A stretch of 55,156 nt of DNA. Source: Planctomycetota bacterium (GTDB lineage: Bacteria; Planctomycetota; Uabimicrobiia; Uabimicrobiales; JABWCH01). Of the stretch, positions 25,334 to 33,401 are shown in pieces. Numbering within the stretch: position 1 is the stretch's first letter; every line of letters starts with the position of its first letter. The position numbers and the translations under genes are program-made. The stretch lies in the NCBI GenBank assembly GCA_020057085.1, contig JAGVGO010000204.1, forward strand, positions 1 through 55,156, written 5' to 3'. The notes beneath the pieces were generated by a model. The model was not told the origin of the DNA. It did no database searches and saw only the letters and a program-made list of their open reading frames with translations.

Positions 25334-27367
25334 ATGAATGACAAAAAATATGTGATAATTTTAGCAATGCTTCTTATTTCCGTATGTATTGCCCCTTTTT
25401 TTCTGCTTGATCTGCCTGAACAGCATATGGTACCGGTTGAATGCCTGATTGCCCTCGGTTTTGTTGCCGCCGCGCTCTTGTTGTGGCTTCTCTACCGTTA
25501 CCATGGTCGCAATGTAGATCGTTGGATTACGCCCATCCCTTACAGCAAAGCGGTTGGTAGTGCGGCAGAAATTATGGAAAAAGATCCGGCAGTGATTTAC
25601 TGGTTGAGCGACTATTTTCTCATGCTCCATGCCAACGGCACCAAGACCGAATATTCACACCAGATCATCCATCTGAAAAATACCCTGCGAGTCAGCGATT
25701 TCGAGCAGACCGGCATTGTCCATCCTCTGGGGGCTTGTGCCGTACGCCAGATCCGTGCCGCGCACTACAGCAAAGATGGTGTACTCAAGAAGGTAAAGAT
25801 TACGCGCATGCCATCGTTCCCGGCCGAGACTCAGAACGGCATGGAGGTGTTTGCCGGGCACAACGTGCAATTCCTCAATCTGGTGGCAAACGACACTACC
25901 GAATTCTCTTTTGTGCGTGATTTCGTCAAGCCGCCGGTACAAGGCAAGTTCAACTGGGATGCCATTTTCGTCAACTTCCATTTTCCCTATTGCGTGCGCC
26001 GCCGCATCACTGTAGCCGTCCATCGCGACAGCAGAAGTGAAATCAAGCAACACCATCTGGAGCTAGAGCCGCGCCGTTGGAGCAAAGATGGCTACGAATT
26101 TTACGAATGGGATTTGCAACACCTGCCCGCCTACAAGGATGAGTATGCACAACCACCGGCCCGCGATTGCCAGCCGTGGTTCGATATTTCCACCTGCCCC
26201 GGCTGGGACCCTATCATTGTCTGGCTACGCAAACATCTGATCAAACCGGTAAAAGACAAAAAGGAAGTGAAAGATATCTTGGGCAAAATCGTCACGCCGG
26301 AAATGAAGCTGCGTGACAAGGCCAAGGCTTGCTATGACTATTGTGTGAACCAGATCAGTTATGGCCGCGAAAGCAGCTTGAAGCCGGCTGACAATGCCCA
26401 GGCGGGAGATCAGGTCGCCAAAGTGCTGCGCGGCGACTGCAAAGACCAGACCTCGCTCTTGCTTGCCTTGTTCCAGGAACTCGGTATTGCGAGCGAGGCC
26501 GCTGCCGTGCGTGTCGAGGACGGTGCGAAGACGCCCTATCTGCCGTCGCAGCGATTCGATCATGCCATTTTGCGTTGCCAGATTGACGGCGAATATCTGT
26601 GGGTTGATCCCACCGCCAAGCATATCGTGTTCGGCAATATCTCGCAGGAACTGGAAGGCTCAGAGGCGCTCTTGATCTATCCTGACAAACCAGGCGAATG
26701 GGTGGATATTCCCTACAGCAGCAAAGCGAAAAATACCACCACTTATCGCGCCCAGGCACAGTTTGTCGGTGACGATCTCAAAATCTCTCTTGACATGATT
26801 TACCACGGCCATTTTGCCGCGGTTGTGCGCGGCTACATGTTGTACACGCCGGAAAGCATGCAGGAAAGCCTTGCCACTGTCTTCAACGAGCGCATAGGCG
26901 CCTGCAACCTAGACCAATTTAGCTTGCAGGATGGTTGGCAAAATCAGGACCCGTTCCATCTCAAGGTTACACTCACTGCCCGCAATTGGCTCAAACATGC
27001 CGGCGATTTGCATCTCTTGAAACTGCCGTGGCTTGGTTGTCACATCGGGGTAGCCACGGTGGCGGAACAAAGCCGCAAGACTGATTACATGGTGCCTGGT
27101 CCGGAGCGTGTCGAGTACCATCTGGAAATGGTGCTTCCCGATGGCCACGTACTCGACAAAAAAGAAGCAACACAAGCATTCACTGCCTACGGGCACAGCC
27201 TGACGGTATCCTACGTCGCACAAGAAAACAAGCTGCTGATGTCAACGGTGCTGGAAACCGAGGTTGCCCAGATTCCGCGCCAGGAATATGGCGGCTACCG
27301 TGATTTCGTGCAGACCGTCAACAAATTTTTCGAGAATCTGTTGGTGCTGAAACCCAAGGGACAGTAG
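25334..27367 (+). CDS. Membrane-anchored transglutaminase-like (cysteine protease fold) protein, DUF3857/transglutaminase type
   Basis: 677 aa. Two N-terminal TM helices. Cys-His-Asp core RGDCKDQTSLLLALF ... FDHAILRC ... LWVDPT. The ATG lies 1 nt after the upstream stop. Confidence 0.8.
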   Translation: MNDKKYVIILAMLLISVCIAPFFLLDLPEQHMVPVECLIALGFVAAALLLWLLYRYHGRNVDRWITPIPYSKAVGSAAEIMEKDPAVIYWLSDYFLMLHANGTKTEYSHQIIHLKNTLRVSDFEQTGIVHPLGACAVRQIRAAHYSKDGVLKKVKITRMPSFPAETQNGMEVFAGHNVQFLNLVANDTTEFSFVRDFVKPPVQGKFNWDAIFVNFHFPYCVRRRITVAVHRDSRSEIKQHHLELEPRRWSKDGYEFYEWDLQHLPAYKDEYAQPPARDCQPWFDISTCPGWDPIIVWLRKHLIKPVKDKKEVKDILGKIVTPEMKLRDKAKACYDYCVNQISYGRESSLKPADNAQAGDQVAKVLRGDCKDQTSLLLALFQELGIASEAAAVRVEDGAKTPYLPSQRFDHAILRCQIDGEYLWVDPTAKHIVFGNISQELEGSEALLIYPDKPGEWVDIPYSSKAKNTTTYRAQAQFVGDDLKISLDMIYHGHFAAVVRGYMLYTPESMQESLATVFNERIGACNLDQFSLQDGWQNQDPFHLKVTLTARNWLKHAGDLHLLKLPWLGCHIGVATVAEQSRKTDYMVPGPERVEYHLEMVLPDGHVLDKKEATQAFTAYGHSLTVSYVAQENKLLMSTVLETEVAQIPRQEYGGYRDFVQTVNKFFENLLVLKPKGQ

Positions 27368-27368
27368 A

Positions 27369-29801
27369 TTACAGCCCCTTGCTCAATATGCCGTGTTCCA
27401 GGCGGAAGGTGCTGTCGGCGTTTTTCGCCATGTTTTCCTGATGCGTGACGATAACAAAGGTTTGCTTGAGCTGCCGGCTCAAGTCCCATAACAACTCCTG
27501 GATCGCCTGCGCATTCTTTTCGTCGAGATTGCCGGTCGGCTCGTCGCAGAACACGATCTGCGGTTCGTTCATGAGCGCACGCGCAATGGCCACTCGCTGC
27601 CGTTCGCCGCCGGAAAGTTCGCGCGGCAGGTGGATGAGCCTTTCCCCCAACCCCACCTTGTACAGCAGCTCGGCTGCTCTCGCTTGCTCTGCGCGTTTGC
27701 TATACGGCCAGGTCCAGACACTGTGGCGGATGAGAGACGCCATGAGCACATTTTCCAGGGCGCTGAATTCCGGAAGCAAGTGGTAGAACTGGAAGATAAA
27801 GCCCATGTTGATGTTGCGCACACATGCCTGGGCATTACGTGGCAGCAAGTGCAGGTTTTGGCCGTTGAGGTAAACGGTGCCCTCGGTCGGCGTGTCGAGC
27901 AGCCCCATGATGTGCAACAAAGTACTCTTGCCGGCGCCTGAAGTGCCGACAATGGCTAAAATTTCTCCGCGTTGTACTTCCAGTTTGATGCCTTGCAAGA
28001 TGCGCAGCGTGTGAGGTCCCATGACATACTCGCGCGTCACGTTGTCAACGTAAAAAAAGGCATTCCTGGCTTTGTCAGGGATGGGCGTGTCGCGTACCAG
28101 GCGATGCCACCAGCGCAGGCTCGGCACCTCGGAGTTGAGCGCCTCCACCACATCCATGCGGGCGGCTTTGAGCGCTGGGATAAGACAGGCGAGAAGAGAC
28201 AACACCAGCGTCACGACCACGATCACGGCGATATTGGGGTAGCTGATTTCGCAGGGAATCTGGTCGAGGTAATACACGTCGCGCGGGAATACGCGAAAGC
28301 CGGTGTTTTCGTAGATGAGATCGGCCACCCAGTTGATATTGAGAGCAAAACTGATACCGGCGACGGTGCCGATGATCGAGCCGAACAAACTGATGAAAAA
28401 GCCATTGCTCACGAAAATTCCCATAATACCGTTGTCCGCCGCGCCCATTGCCTTGAGAATGCCGATATCCTTGACTTTTTGCGATACCATGAGAATGAGG
28501 ATGATCATGATGGTGGCCACTGCCAGGATGACGATAAGCGACAGGATGATGGCCATGATGTTGCGTTCCAGACGAATGGCGGCGAGCAGCGTGCGGCGAC
28601 GATCTTCCCATCGTTCGATGATGAATTTTTTCATAAACGGCACATCGTTGAGCGTTTTTTCCAGATGTTTTTTCGTCTTGTCGGCATGCTGCGGATCGTC
28701 GAGCGCGACGCAGATTTCGCTCACGTCGTTCGTCACATCGAGAAACCCTTTGTCGCTCGGGTCATCCTTGTCTGGGAGCAGGTCACTGCGTCGTGCATAG
28801 ACGAGTCGTACATCAATCTCCTGCCAGCCGGATTTAAAGGCGCCCACCACGATGAATTTACGGCTGACCGCCTGCAGCTTGCCGTCTTTGTCGCGTGTGC
28901 CGGTCATGAGTGAGACGGGATCGCCGCGTTTGAGGCCGAGCTGGCGCATCAATTCGTAACCCATGAGTAGCGGACGGTCGTCGTCGAGTGGTTCGAGAGG
29001 CTTGCTGAGGTCGAGGCAGCCGGCACTATTTTTCATGTGCGGCGAAAAATGCGCAAGATAACCCGGCAGGTCGCGGTCGTCCAGTAATTTTGCCAGATTG
29101 TCGAAATATGCTTGCCAACTTTGCATTTCCTGCTGTGGCAGGGCAGGCATGTTGTCTTTCACTTCGTTCGGCAGATCCGGTTCGAGCAACACCACTTTGC
29201 CGTAGTTGTCTATGGTATAGGCGACAAACCTCCGGTACGGTTGAAACTTGTTGGGCGTGTCGTCGTTGCTTACATATTCGCGTGTTTCCTGGCATATCAC
29301 GCGCGTGAGTGGTGTATTGCCGGTAGCTCTCTGGGCACCGAGTACCTGCCACGACAATTTTTCACGATAGATGCGCCTGACATTGTCTTCGAGCAGTTCC
29401 TCGGTACATAATTTGTGTTCCTTGTAAGCGGAGACCAGGTATTCGTCCAGTTTTCCCACTTGCTGCTCTTTGTCGTAGTCAATGCCGATGACCATGCCGC
29501 CGGCATAGTAGCGTCCGGTGCCGATCAGCACCAGGCCGTTCAAGTGCGGAGAACAGGCCACCACATGCGGCGCGGTGATTACCTTTTTTTCGATGTCGCT
29601 ATAGTTGTATTCCGGCGTCCTTACCGTCATGATGATGTGCGACAAGCTGCCTTGCAAACGGAAAACGAATTCCTTCTTGAAGCCATCCATCACCGCCAGC
29701 ACCACCACGAGTACCATGACTCCCAATGCTACCGCGAGAATCGAAAAAATTGTGATCAAACGGGAACGGATGTAACGCAACGCAATGACGAATTTATACA
29801 T
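27369..29801 (-). CDS. Fused LolC/E-type (FtsX/MacB-type) permease + LolD-like ABC ATPase
   Basis: 810 aa. N-terminus ALRYIRSRLITIFSILAVALGVMVLVVVLAVMDGF is typical of LolC/E. Extracytoplasmic region ~375 aa. FtsX-type TM bundle aa ~415-545. NBD aa ~585-810 with GTSGAGKST, LSGGERQRVAIARAL and VFCDEPTGNLD. Confidence 0.8.
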   Translation of the reverse strand: MYKFVIALRYIRSRLITIFSILAVALGVMVLVVVLAVMDGFKKEFVFRLQGSLSHIIMTVRTPEYNYSDIEKKVITAPHVVACSPHLNGLVLIGTGRYYAGGMVIGIDYDKEQQVGKLDEYLVSAYKEHKLCTEELLEDNVRRIYREKLSWQVLGAQRATGNTPLTRVICQETREYVSNDDTPNKFQPYRRFVAYTIDNYGKVVLLEPDLPNEVKDNMPALPQQEMQSWQAYFDNLAKLLDDRDLPGYLAHFSPHMKNSAGCLDLSKPLEPLDDDRPLLMGYELMRQLGLKRGDPVSLMTGTRDKDGKLQAVSRKFIVVGAFKSGWQEIDVRLVYARRSDLLPDKDDPSDKGFLDVTNDVSEICVALDDPQHADKTKKHLEKTLNDVPFMKKFIIERWEDRRRTLLAAIRLERNIMAIILSLIVILAVATIMIILILMVSQKVKDIGILKAMGAADNGIMGIFVSNGFFISLFGSIIGTVAGISFALNINWVADLIYENTGFRVFPRDVYYLDQIPCEISYPNIAVIVVVTLVLSLLACLIPALKAARMDVVEALNSEVPSLRWWHRLVRDTPIPDKARNAFFYVDNVTREYVMGPHTLRILQGIKLEVQRGEILAIVGTSGAGKSTLLHIMGLLDTPTEGTVYLNGQNLHLLPRNAQACVRNINMGFIFQFYHLLPEFSALENVLMASLIRHSVWTWPYSKRAEQARAAELLYKVGLGERLIHLPRELSGGERQRVAIARALMNEPQIVFCDEPTGNLDEKNAQAIQELLWDLSRQLKQTFVIVTHQENMAKNADSTFRLEHGILSKGL

Positions 29802-29846
29802 ACTGATCTCCGATTACAGAATCTAAAGATTTGCCCATGCATGGGA

Positions 29847-30119
29847 CTATTCGCGCGGCGGCTGCTGGGGACGGTCGTCGGGCACCGGATCATAGCCGCT
29901 CTGACACCACGGATTACAACGTAGAACGCGGTAGATACCGAGGAGTGCGCCGCGCACCAGGCCTTTCTTCTGCAAAGCCTCGATAAAATATTGCGAACAG
30001 GTAGGCCTGAAACGGCAGCACGGCGGCAGGCAAGGAGCAATAAAAACCTGGTAAAGCCGGATCAGGGCGATGAACAACTGTCGTATGCAGGATGCTAACC
30101 CAATCATTACACTTTTCAT
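29847..30119 (-). CDS. yidD: Membrane protein insertion efficiency factor YidD
   Basis: [44 protein letters not shown]...GYDPVP. The ATG at 30119 overlaps the rnpA stop (ATGA). Confidence 0.85.
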   Translation of the reverse strand: MKSVMIGLASCIRQLFIALIRLYQVFIAPCLPPCCRFRPTCSQYFIEALQKKGLVRGALLGIYRVLRCNPWCQSGYDPVPDDRPQQPPRE

Positions 30120-30484
30120 GCCTGTTGCGGCGACAACCACTGCACGGCCCGTTGCATGATTGCCTCCACTTCCTTTTGCACTATTTGCCATTCCAGTGTA
30201 GGCTGGGCGTTGTTCGGCATGATGACGAGATCGGCAGCGACAGCGTCTCGCAGCGTGCTTTGCCGAAAGGCTTCACGTACCAGCCGTTTGAACCGATTGC
30301 GCTTGTGTGCATCACCGAATTTACGGCCAATGCTGATACCCAGACGGAAACAGGGCGTATCGCTGCGCACGCAGCAACCCATCATGTGCGGCTGCGGAAA
30401 ACGTTTGCCTTTTTGTATGGCATAAGTGAACTGATTGGCTTTACGGATGCGGTGTTTGTGGGAAAATCGCTGCGACGACTTCAT
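30116..30484 (-). CDS. rnpA: Ribonuclease P protein component
   Basis: [20 protein letters not shown]...[28 protein letters not shown]. The ATG at 30484 overlaps the upstream ORF's stop (ATGA) and gives 122 aa. Confidence 0.85.
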   Translation of the reverse strand: MKSSQRFSHKHRIRKANQFTYAIQKGKRFPQPHMMGCCVRSDTPCFRLGISIGRKFGDAHKRNRFKRLVREAFRQSTLRDAVAADLVIMPNNAQPTLEWQIVQKEVEAIMQRAVQWLSPQQA

Positions 30485-30921
30485 GGGCGTTTCTTCAGGT
30501 CTGGCGGCATAATCTGCCGTGCAAAACTTTTGCATTCACGTGAGCAACCTCTGCCCTGCTGTTCCTGGCATACTACCCATACTTCGGCAGGAAAAGCACC
30601 TGCCGGGTGCTGCCATAAATAGCCGCCAACTTCTGCCATCAATTTTTCGCGCGCAGTGACCGTGAGAGGCCTGTATGGATGTATAGTGGCTCGATATTTT
30701 ATGCCTTGAACCGTAGTAATCTGGGCGATGCGAATTTTTTCCAGGTCAAACAAAATTTGCATGTGGCCGGCCAGGCCGTGAGACTGTTTGACGGTCGGCA
30801 ACTGTTGCAGCATGAACATGGAAACGACAACGAGCAACAATATGCCGACGACCCCTATAGTGACAATGATTTTCAGATTTTTGTTCATAATTCTTTTGCA
30901 GGCTATTGGCCCAAATGGCAT
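30481..30921 (-). CDS. Small membrane-anchored hypothetical protein
   Basis: TM helix IIVTIGVVGILLLVVVSMFML. The start is uncertain (ATG 30921 overlapping the upstream stop, or ATG 30888). Confidence 0.5.
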   Translation of the reverse strand: MPFGPIACKRIMNKNLKIIVTIGVVGILLLVVVSMFMLQQLPTVKQSHGLAGHMQILFDLEKIRIAQITTVQGIKYRATIHPYRPLTVTAREKLMAEVGGYLWQHPAGAFPAEVWVVCQEQQGRGCSRECKSFARQIMPPDLKKRP

Positions 30922-32531
30922 CAATCTTCTACGGACATGGTTTCTACTGGTGCATATTCATCTGTAAGCTCTATGCTATCCCGATATTTTTCCATATCCT
31001 CTTTCTCTAAGATTCGCACTAAATTTTGCGAAAGGTGCTTTAGATTGTACTTGATAGATTTTTGCAGAAGAGTGTCGGAACTGACTGAATGAGCATCTTT
31101 TACACAGAAAAGAATGATATTGCTGGAATCTGTCTCCGCTACACTATATGGCGCAAAGACAAATAGTTTGTCGAATTTTGCTGACAAAGTTTTGATTAAA
31201 GACTGATAGAATACACTGAATTTTCCATCTCGCGCCGAGATAATGTTGATTCCTAAAACGCCTTTAGCCGTTAAAGCATTAGATAATTCGCCAAAAAATT
31301 CTTTGGTTATCAAATGAGGTGGTACATTTCTTGGGCCGCGGAAGGCATCTAAAAAGATAAAGTCATAGCAATCTTTTTTATCTCGAAACCATCTTCTGCC
31401 GTCCTCGATATGAGCTTGGAAATTTTGGCTCTCTTCCAACTTAAAGAATGTCTTACTCACTGAGACAAGAGCCGGATCAATTTCGATTACATCCACGTGC
31501 GCTTTCGGAATTTTTTTGTGGAAGACAGTGGGCATGGTAAAGCCACCGCCCCCAATGAAACATACCTTGTGAATATCTTCTTCATGCAGGAAGCATTGCA
31601 CCAATTCCCAATATTTGGTGTACTCAAATATCAATTTGTAATCTTTTTTGGACATCGCCGCTTCCTGGGTGGAATCTAACTGCAACAAGTAATAGGAATT
31701 ATTTTCTTTGTCCACCATGTCGTAGACTCTGATGAGATGGTAGGGGCTGAGCTGTCGGTAAACTTCTCCTTTATCCGGAAAAATACTGACCGCGTTGAGC
31801 CTCACATTTTCGAGATAAAGAAGGGGTAAAACCAATATCAGTACCAGAAATAGCTTATGCCAATATGGTTTTGTGATCACCAGCAAACCAAGCACAAACA
31901 GGATACCAGCGGAAATGAAATAAATCGTGGATAGATGGAACGTTGGGATCAAATAAAACCCTGTGAGAAATGTACCGATGATGCTGCCAACGGCAGAAAT
32001 GGAAGAGACAAGACCAGAGGCAAGCCCCACAACTTTTAGACATTCCGAAATACCTTTAACACAGGCAGGGGGGATGGTGGATAAAAAAATAGCCGGTAAC
32101 AAAAATACTGCCAAAGTACCAACGATCGGTCCCATAATTATCGTCTGATTGGCGAGCGCACTGCCCAAAAATACCTTACCTAAAATAGGTATAACAGCGA
32201 CAGAGAAAGCCGAGAGCAACAACAAAATCGGCAACAGCTTGCGTTGTTGATATTTGTCAGCCATTATTCCCCCCACTAAATACCCCACAGCTAATGCAAA
32301 AAGAATGGTACCAATAACGCCTGTCCAGCAATATATCGTATTCCCGTAAAGAGGTGCCAGTAAACGTGTGGAAGTCAATTCAATTACCATAACCAGACCG
32401 CCACAGATAAAGGATATTACCATCAAGAAAATATAGCCGAAATAGCCATTTTTGTGAACAGAGACCTGCACCTCTTGTGGCTGTTCCGCCTCCACTTCTT
32501 TAGCTTTCGTCCTTAGTTTTTTCTTTGACAA
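30921..32531 (-). CDS. Fused polytopic membrane domain + spermidine-synthase-like methyltransferase-fold protein
   Basis: About 7 predicted TM helices, then the SpeE-like motifs VCFIGGGGFTMP, VIEIDP and YDFIFLDAF. The maximal ORF reaches 32624, but its 5' end overlaps terminator-like hairpins. TTG at 32531 has AAGGGA upstream. The start is uncertain. Confidence 0.7.
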   Translation of the reverse strand: MSKKKLRTKAKEVEAEQPQEVQVSVHKNGYFGYIFLMVISFICGGLVMVIELTSTRLLAPLYGNTIYCWTGVIGTILFALAVGYLVGGIMADKYQQRKLLPILLLLSAFSVAVIPILGKVFLGSALANQTIIMGPIVGTLAVFLLPAIFLSTIPPACVKGISECLKVVGLASGLVSSISAVGSIIGTFLTGFYLIPTFHLSTIYFISAGILFVLGLLVITKPYWHKLFLVLILVLPLLYLENVRLNAVSIFPDKGEVYRQLSPYHLIRVYDMVDKENNSYYLLQLDSTQEAAMSKKDYKLIFEYTKYWELVQCFLHEEDIHKVCFIGGGGFTMPTVFHKKIPKAHVDVIEIDPALVSVSKTFFKLEESQNFQAHIEDGRRWFRDKKDCYDFIFLDAFRGPRNVPPHLITKEFFGELSNALTAKGVLGINIISARDGKFSVFYQSLIKTLSAKFDKLFVFAPYSVAETDSSNIILFCVKDAHSVSSDTLLQKSIKYNLKHLSQNLVRILEKEDMEKYRDSIELTDEYAPVETMSVED

Positions 32532-32590
32532 AGTTTGTCCCTTTTTTACAGCGACTAATTTGACAATGGTGGTGCGTGCATAAAAATCCC

Positions 32591-32606
32591 CGCCACGGAT
32601 GTGGCG
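32591..32606 (-). terminator. Candidate intrinsic terminator downstream of mazF
   Basis: On the minus strand: CGCCAC-ATCC-GTGGCG followed by GGGATTTTTAT. Two more hairpins lie at 32617-32636 and 32647-32664. Confidence 0.45.
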
Positions 32607-32697
32607 TAGTCCATTTCCTGGCACTAAAGTGCCAGGCTCTATAACTTTGCCGCATTCGCGGCAAGAGAAAATTTGACTTTTTACACACGCATCATAT

Positions 32698-33048
32698 TTA
32701 TATTTTTTTCAGCCCTACCGCTATTTTCAATGCTTCTTCTATCTTAGCGAGCGAATTTTCGGACAATGTTCCATATTTTCCTAAAATTCGTTTCTTATCT
32801 ACAGAGCGCAAGTGCAAAAGCAAAGCTTTAGATTTTTCCACCAAACCACCTTCAGGCGGCTCCAGTAACACCTCGAATGGATATATTTTATCCACTTTTT
32901 TGGAAGTGATTGCAGCAATAATAATGACAGGACTATGTTGGTTGATTATATCAGGCGAGAGTACAATAGCCGGCCTTTCTCCTGCTTGCTCTGAACCTTC
33001 TGCAGGGTCTAATTGTACCCGAATTATCTCACCTCTTTGAATTTTCAC
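32698..33048 (-). CDS. mazF: Type II toxin MazF/PemK-family endoribonuclease
   Basis: RGEIIRVQLDPAEGSEQAGERPAIVLSPDIINQHSPVIIIAAITSK...IYPFEV. A GTG start at 33048 gives 116 aa and overlaps the antitoxin's 3' end. Confidence 0.85.
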   Translation of the reverse strand: MKIQRGEIIRVQLDPAEGSEQAGERPAIVLSPDIINQHSPVIIIAAITSKKVDKIYPFEVLLEPPEGGLVEKSKALLLHLRSVDKKRILGKYGTLSENSLAKIEEALKIAVGLKKI

Positions 33049-33304
33049 TTGCTTGCCTTTCCACCTCTTCTTCCAAAGGATGATATTCACGCTCTATGTC
33101 CAGGTAAATTTCTTGCATTTCCTGGCATCCTTCTATAATCTGCTTACGTAGCTTCTCCTGTTCTTGATTTTCCATCCACTCTAGCAAAAGTTTTGTCATT
33201 ACCTGACTTCTTTTATTTTTGGGAATTACACTTTCAAATCTTTGCAATAATGATTCAGGTAAAGAATATGTCTTTTTCACCAATTTACCAATAACTTGTT
33301 TCAT
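33029..33304 (-). CDS. Ribbon-helix-helix antitoxin (MazE/CopG-like)
   Basis: 91 aa, immediately upstream of and overlapping mazF. RHH-like KKTYSLPESLLQRFESVIPKNKRSQVMTKLL. Acidic C-terminus. Confidence 0.7.
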   Translation of the reverse strand: MKQVIGKLVKKTYSLPESLLQRFESVIPKNKRSQVMTKLLLEWMENQEQEKLRKQIIEGCQEMQEIYLDIEREYHPLEEEVERQASENSKR

Positions 33305-33341
33305 AAAAACTCCTTATTTTTCAGTCTCGTAGGGACGCAAG

Positions 33342-33386
33342 TTAATAGCCAGGGGCGTAAGCGGCGTAAGCCCTGGGCTATAACAA
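33342..33386. repeat. Imperfect palindromic intergenic element (REP-like) sharing a 17-mer with 49569-49585
   Basis: TTAATAGCCAGGGG-CGTAAGCGGCGTAAG-CCCTGGGCTATAA. The exact 17-mer GCCCTGGGCTATAACAA occurs at 33370-33386 and at 49569-49585. Confidence 0.6.
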
Positions 33387-33401
33387 TTCGCGCTTGAAGA
33401 G

